Below are positions 27,075 to 32,000 of a stretch of 32,000 nucleotides of DNA, piece by piece (positions within the stretch are counted from its first letter, which is position 1; each line of letters begins with the position of its first letter). The notes beneath the pieces were generated by a model. That model made no database searches, had not been told where the DNA came from, and saw nothing but the letters and a program-made list of their open reading frames with translations. Source of the stretch: Pseudodesulfovibrio mercurii (GTDB lineage Bacteria > Desulfobacterota > Desulfovibrionia > Desulfovibrionales > Desulfovibrionaceae); NCBI RefSeq assembly GCF_000189295.2, contig NC_016803.1, forward strand, positions 2,460,001 to 2,492,000, in the 5' to 3' direction. The position numbers were made by a program, and so were the translations under genes.

Positions 27075-27554
27075 ATGAAACCCGACAGTGACATGAAGGC
27101 CCCCATGGACCCGGCCGACCGGGCCAGAAAGAACTGGATGGGGGTTCTGGCCCGGACCGGCACGGACAGCCTGGAGGCGGCCTACGCCCGGCTCGACCCG
27201 GAACCCCGATTCGAACATCTGCGACCGCCCGAGGTGGGCATGGCCCTGGTCCGCGCCAGGGCAGAGGCCCGGGGCGAACGCTTCAACCTCGGTGAGATGA
27301 CCCTGTGCCGCTGCACGGTCCGCCTGGCGGACGGCAGCGTGGGCCACGGCTTCGTGGCCGGGCGCGACAAGCGGCACGCCGAATTGGCGGCCCTGTTCGA
27401 CGCCCTGCTCCAGGACCCGGACTCGGGTCCCGCCCTGCACAAAACCGTCATCGACCCGCTCGCCGCCTCGCTGGCCCAGGCCCGCAGGGCGCGGGCCGAC
27501 AAAACCGCGGCCACCAGGGTGAACTTCTTCACCATGGTGCGCGGCCAAGACTAG
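27075..27554 (+). CDS. phnG: C-P lyase core complex subunit PhnG
   Basis: RKNWMGVLART..., FNLGEMTLCRCTVRL.DGSVGHGFV.GRDKRHAELAALFDALLQ and RVNFFTMVRG all align by eye with E. coli PhnG. GAGGA lies 10 nt upstream of 27075. The alternative start ATG at 27105 (MDPADRARKNWM) matches the E. coli N-terminal length exactly. Confidence 0.85.
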   Translation: MKPDSDMKAPMDPADRARKNWMGVLARTGTDSLEAAYARLDPEPRFEHLRPPEVGMALVRARAEARGERFNLGEMTLCRCTVRLADGSVGHGFVAGRDKRHAELAALFDALLQDPDSGPALHKTVIDPLAASLAQARRARADKTAATRVNFFTMVRGQD

Positions 27555-27563
27555 GGGGAACCC

Positions 27564-28160
27564 ATGCAAGGACACGCCATGGACGCGGCCCGCGAGCCGC
27601 GCGATCCGGCCCTTGAGAACCAGCGTATTTTCCGGGCCATACTCCTGACCATGTCCCGTCCGGGCACGGTCACCGTGCTCGGCAACTGGCCCAAGCCGCC
27701 CAAGGGGCTGCACCCGGCCGCGGCCGCGGTCTGCCTGGCCCTGGTGGACATGGACACGCCCCTGTGGATCGGGCCCGCCGCGCCGCTCGACATCCAGACC
27801 TACCTGCGCTTCCACTGCGGCTGCACCGTCTCCCGCAGGCCGGAGAGCGCGGCCTTCGGCCTGATCCTCGACGGCCTGGAGCTGCCGGACCTCGGCCAGT
27901 TCCACCCCGGCGACCTCGAATACCCGGACCGCTCGGCCACCCTGATCATCCAGGTCCGGGCCATGAACGTGGGCCGGGGCATTCCCCTGTCCGGGCCGGG
28001 CATCCAGGGTGAGACCCGGCTGCACGTGGACGGGCTCAACCCGAACTTCTGGCGGTCGCTGCAACGCAACTCCCGGCGCTTCCCGCTGGGCTTCGACGTG
28101 ATCCTGGCAACGCAAACGGAGATCGTCTCGCTCCCGAGGACGATCCAGGTGGGGATATAA
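27564..28160 (+). CDS. phnH: C-P lyase core complex subunit PhnH
   Basis: 198 aa, with GGGGGA upstream. The motif QRIFRAILLTMSRPGTV resembles E. coli HSFRRLLKAMSEPGV. Its position between phnG and phnI supports the call. Confidence 0.85.
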   Translation: MQGHAMDAAREPRDPALENQRIFRAILLTMSRPGTVTVLGNWPKPPKGLHPAAAAVCLALVDMDTPLWIGPAAPLDIQTYLRFHCGCTVSRRPESAAFGLILDGLELPDLGQFHPGDLEYPDRSATLIIQVRAMNVGRGIPLSGPGIQGETRLHVDGLNPNFWRSLQRNSRRFPLGFDVILATQTEIVSLPRTIQVGI

Positions 28161-28161
28161 C

Positions 28162-29277
28162 GTGTACGTAGCCGTCAAGGGTGGCGAACAGGCCATCGAC
28201 AACGCCCATCGGCTCCTGGCCGAGGAGCGCCGGGGCGAACCGACCGTCCCGGAACTGACCGTGGAACAGATACTTCAACAGATGCGCCTGGCCGTGGACC
28301 GGGTCATGAGCGAAGGCTCGCTCTACGACCCGTGGCTGGCGGCCCTGGCCGTGAAGCAGGCGCGCGGCGACCTGGTGGAGGCGGTCTTCCTCCTGCGGGC
28401 CTACCGGACCACCCTGCCCCGGCTGTACGACTCCCTGCCCGTGGACACCACGGCCATGGAGACCCGCCGCCGCGTCTCGGCCACATTCAAGGACATCCCC
28501 GGAGGCCAGGTCCTGGGACCGACCTTCGACTACACCCACCGGCTCCTGGACTTCGGCCTGGCCGCCGGAGGGTCCCCCGAACCCGCGGCCACGGCCCCGG
28601 ACAACGGACCGGACGGCGCGCCCCTCTCAAGGGTCATGGACCTGCTGGCCGAGGAAGGGCTGGTGGAACGGCCCGGCCATGGCGCGGAGGACCGCCGGGA
28701 GGTCGGGGACATCACCCGCGATCCCCTGACCTATCCGGCCGCCCGTGACATCCGCCTCCAGAACCTGGCGCGCGGGGACGAGGGGTTCCTGCTGGCGCTC
28801 GGCTACTCCAGCCAGCGCGGCTTCGGCGACAACCACCCCTTTGCGGGCGAGATCCGCATGGGCGAGGTGGCCGTGTCCATCCGCCCGGACGAACTCGGCT
28901 TCGAGGTGGAGATCGGCGACATCACCGTGTCCGAGTGCGAGATGGTCACCAAATTCAAGGGGTCCAGGGACGAGTTGCCCCGGTTCACGCGCGGCTACGG
29001 CCTGTCCTTCGGCTACAACGAGCGCAAGGTCATGGCCATGGCCCTGGTGGACCGCTCCCTCCAGGCCCGCGAGCTGGGCGAGGACATCGACGCGCCCTCG
29101 CGGGACGAGGAGTTCGTCCTGTCCCACAGCGACAACGTGGAGGCCCAGGGGTTCGTCCAGCACCTCAAGCTGCCGCACTACGTGGACTTCCAGGCCGACC
29201 TGGTCATGGTCCGCGGCATGCGCGCCGAAATCCGCAAACGGGCCGGGTCCAAGGCCGAAACCGAGGAGGCCGCATGA
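28162..29277 (+). CDS. phnI: C-P lyase core complex subunit PhnI
   Basis: The GTG start lies 1 nt after the phnH TAA. The product is 371 aa. The N-terminus (M)YVAVKGGEQAI.NAH.LL and the motifs RGDLVEAVFLLRAYRTTLPR and HPFAGEIRMGEV are typical of PhnI. Confidence 0.9.
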   Translation: MYVAVKGGEQAIDNAHRLLAEERRGEPTVPELTVEQILQQMRLAVDRVMSEGSLYDPWLAALAVKQARGDLVEAVFLLRAYRTTLPRLYDSLPVDTTAMETRRRVSATFKDIPGGQVLGPTFDYTHRLLDFGLAAGGSPEPAATAPDNGPDGAPLSRVMDLLAEEGLVERPGHGAEDRREVGDITRDPLTYPAARDIRLQNLARGDEGFLLALGYSSQRGFGDNHPFAGEIRMGEVAVSIRPDELGFEVEIGDITVSECEMVTKFKGSRDELPRFTRGYGLSFGYNERKVMAMALVDRSLQARELGEDIDAPSRDEEFVLSHSDNVEAQGFVQHLKLPHYVDFQADLVMVRGMRAEIRKRAGSKAETEEAA

Positions 29278-30239
29278 CCGCCGTCAAGACTCCCGCCGCA
29301 ACAGCCGCCGCCCGGCCGTCCGCCTCCGTGGAGGCGGGCTACAACTACGGCTACCTGAACGAGCAGACCAAGCGCATGATCCGCCGGGCCATCCTCAAGG
29401 CCGTGGCCATCCCCGGCTACCAGGTGCCCTTCGCCGGGCGCGAGATGCCCATGCCCTACGGCTGGGGCACGGGCGGCATCCAGCTGTCCGCCTCCATCCT
29501 CGGGCCGGACGACGTCTTCAAGGTCATCGACCAGGGCGCGGACGACACCACCAACGCGGTCTCCATCCGCAAGTTCTTCGCCAAGGTCACCGGGGTCGAG
29601 ACCACGGAGCGGACCTTGGATGCCACGGTCATCCAGACCCGCCACCGCATCCCCGAGACCCCGCTGGCCGAGGGCCAGATCATGGTCTACCAGGTGCCCA
29701 TCCCCGAGCCCCTGCGCTGGGTGGAGCCGCGCGAGACCGAGACGCGCAAGATGCACGCCCTGGAGGAGTACGGGGTCATGCACGTCCAGCTCTACGAGGA
29801 CATCGCCCGCCACGGGCGCATCGCCACCAACTTCATGTACCCGGTCCGGGTCAACGGCCGGTACATCATGAGCCCGTCGCCCATCCCCAAGTTCGACAAC
29901 CCCAAGCTGGACAACTCCCCGGCCCTGCACGTCTTCGGCGCGGGGCGCGAGAAGCGCATCTACGCCGTGCCGCCCTACACCGAGGTCAGAAGCCTGGATT
30001 TCGAGGATTTCCCCTTCTCGGTGGAGACCTGGGACGGGTGCTGCGCCCTGTGCGGGGCCACGGACAGCTACCTGGACGAGGTCATCCTCAACGACGCGGG
30101 CGAGCGCATGTTCGTCTGCTCGGACACCGACTACTGCGCCACCCGCCGCGCCCAGGGGCACACCGGCCCCATGGCCGACCGCGAGGAGCTGGCCGAACTC
30201 ACGGGCAAGCGGCCCGGCAAGGAGGGAAGCAAGGCATGA
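29274..30239 (+). CDS. phnJ: C-P lyase catalytic radical-SAM subunit PhnJ
   Basis: I trimmed to the ATG at 29274, which forms an ATGA overlap with the phnI stop and has GAGGAGG upstream. The region [44 protein letters not shown] is nearly identical to E. coli PhnJ as I recall it. The Cys pattern C-x2-C-x21-C-x5-C (CALCG...FVCSDTDYC) is conserved. Confidence 0.95.
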   Translation: MTAVKTPAATAAARPSASVEAGYNYGYLNEQTKRMIRRAILKAVAIPGYQVPFAGREMPMPYGWGTGGIQLSASILGPDDVFKVIDQGADDTTNAVSIRKFFAKVTGVETTERTLDATVIQTRHRIPETPLAEGQIMVYQVPIPEPLRWVEPRETETRKMHALEEYGVMHVQLYEDIARHGRIATNFMYPVRVNGRYIMSPSPIPKFDNPKLDNSPALHVFGAGREKRIYAVPPYTEVRSLDFEDFPFSVETWDGCCALCGATDSYLDEVILNDAGERMFVCSDTDYCATRRAQGHTGPMADREELAELTGKRPGKEGSKA

Positions 30240-31018
30240 CCACTGTGCCGCAACCCATGATCCGCGTGCGCGGCATCACCAAGAAATACGGCGAGATGAT
30301 CGGCTGCCGGAACATCTCCTTCGACCTCTGGCCCGGCGAGGTCATGGGCATCGTGGGCGAGTCCGGCTCGGGCAAGTCCACCCTGCTCGGCTGCCTGTCC
30401 GGGCGCATGGAACCGACCTCCGGGTCGGTCCGCTACGCGTCCCGCGAGTTCGGCGAGATCGACGTGCACGGCTGCGCCGAGCCCGTCCGGCGCAAGCTGC
30501 TGCGCACCGAGCTGGGCGTGGTCCACCAGAACCCGCGCGACGGGCTGCGCCTGGGCGTGACGGCCGGGGCCAACCTGGGCGAACGGCTCATGGCCGTGGG
30601 CGCGCGCCACTACGGGAACATCCGGGCCGAGGCCCTCAGGTGGCTGGCCGAGGTGGAGATCGAGGCCGGGCGCATCGACCACTTTCCCAAGACCTTTTCC
30701 GGCGGCATGCAGCAGCGTCTGCAGATCGCCTGCAACCTGATCACCCAGCCCAGGATCGTGTTCATGGACGAGCCCACGGGCGGCCTGGACGTGTCGGTCC
30801 AGGCGCGGCTGCTGGACCTCCTGCGCAACCTGGTCTCGCGCCTGGGGCTGTCGGTCATCATCGTCACCCACGACCTGGCCGTGGCCCGGCTCCTGGCCCA
30901 CCGGCTGATGGTCATGCAGGGCGGCGAGGTGGTCGAGACCGGGCTGACCGACCAGGTCCTGGACGATCCCCAACACCCCTACAGCCAGCTGCTGGTCTCC
31001 TCGATCCTGCAAGCCTAG
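30236..31018 (+). CDS. phnK: C-P lyase-associated ABC-type ATPase PhnK
   Basis: I trimmed to the ATG at 30236, which forms an ATGA overlap with the phnJ stop. The product is 260 aa. It has Walker [10 protein letters not shown], signature [12 protein letters not shown] and Walker [13 protein letters not shown]. Confidence 0.9.
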   Translation: MTTVPQPMIRVRGITKKYGEMIGCRNISFDLWPGEVMGIVGESGSGKSTLLGCLSGRMEPTSGSVRYASREFGEIDVHGCAEPVRRKLLRTELGVVHQNPRDGLRLGVTAGANLGERLMAVGARHYGNIRAEALRWLAEVEIEAGRIDHFPKTFSGGMQQRLQIACNLITQPRIVFMDEPTGGLDVSVQARLLDLLRNLVSRLGLSVIIVTHDLAVARLLAHRLMVMQGGEVVETGLTDQVLDDPQHPYSQLLVSSILQA

Positions 31019-31026
31019 GAGCTTCC

Positions 31027-31721
<695 letters not shown>

Positions 31722-31725
<4 letters not shown>

Positions 31726-32000
31726 CCCGCGAACGCATCCTCAAGAACGCCCGCATCGTCCTGCGCGACGAGATCATGACCGGCGCGGTCCGGCTGGCGG
31801 ACGGGGTCATCACGTCCATCGACCCCGGCACGTGCAACGTGACCAACGCCGAGGACATGGGCAACGACTACCTCCTGCCCGGCTTCGTGGAGCTGCACAC
31901 CGACAACCTGGAGCAGGAGTTGGAGCCCCGGCCGGGCGTGTTCTGGCCCGATCCCCTGGCCGCGGTCCTGGCCCACGACAACACCATGGCGGGCGCGGGC
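31722..32000 (+). CDS. phnM: Alpha-D-ribose 1-methylphosphonate 5-triphosphate diphosphatase PhnM, N-terminal 93 codons (continues beyond window)
   Basis: Absent from the ORF track because the frame is open-ended. The ATG at 31722 forms an ATGA overlap with the phnL stop. Translation: [36 protein letters not shown]...[25 protein letters not shown]. The LLPG..ELHTDNL motif matches the amidohydrolase metal-binding HxH-equivalent region of E. coli PhnM. Confidence 0.85.

Noticed and set aside
28745-31018. 757-aa (28745-31018), 434-aa (28935-30239) and 361-aa (30640-31725) ORFs across the phnI/J/K/L region.
   Set aside because: In each case the upstream part is an out-of-frame read-through of the preceding phn gene. 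SD sites and ATGA overlaps at 29274 and 30236, and an SD-preceded ATG at 31027, give products of canonical PhnJ, PhnK and PhnL size.

Overview
This is a high-GC bacterial chromosomal segment with extreme GC3. The gene content is reminiscent of a Desulfovibrio-type deltaproteobacterium, but that is inference only and nothing here is taxonomically diagnostic. I support 28 protein-coding genes. I recognised no rRNA, tRNA, CRISPR array, transposase or integrase.

Gene order, left to right:
- DUF2339 membrane protein, open at the window edge and absent from the ORF track.
- CynX-like MFS transporter.
- PheC-like periplasmic PBP-fold protein.
- Acyltransferase-3 membrane protein.
- A four-gene, translationally coupled operon: tetR, hlyD-family adaptor, rbbA-like fused ABC ATPase/permease, ABC-2 permease.
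- Divergent P-type IIA cation ATPase.
- Methyl-accepting chemotaxis protein.
- Orphan ABC substrate-binding protein.
- lutABC.
- Orphan PAS histidine kinase.
- RhlE-like DEAD-box helicase.
- hsp20 followed by an unlisted 59-aa zinc-ribbon ORF.
- A split C-P lyase (phosphonate) locus.

The phn locus has phnN, a DUF1045 protein, a hexapeptide-repeat transferase and phnF on the minus strand. phnGHIJKLM is divergent on the plus strand, and phnM runs off the window end.

Many long ORFs in the six-frame track are GC-driven shadow ORFs or in-frame upstream read-through. I trimmed starts using Shine-Dalgarno sites and 4-nt stop/start overlaps (ATGA or GTGA).

I did not find a defence island or a clearly unprecedented system. 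The most interesting content is the non-canonical accessory set and predicted PhnF operators of the phn locus. Several small regulatory or unannotated elements are also reported. All family assignments come from reading motifs by eye and need HMM or BLAST confirmation.
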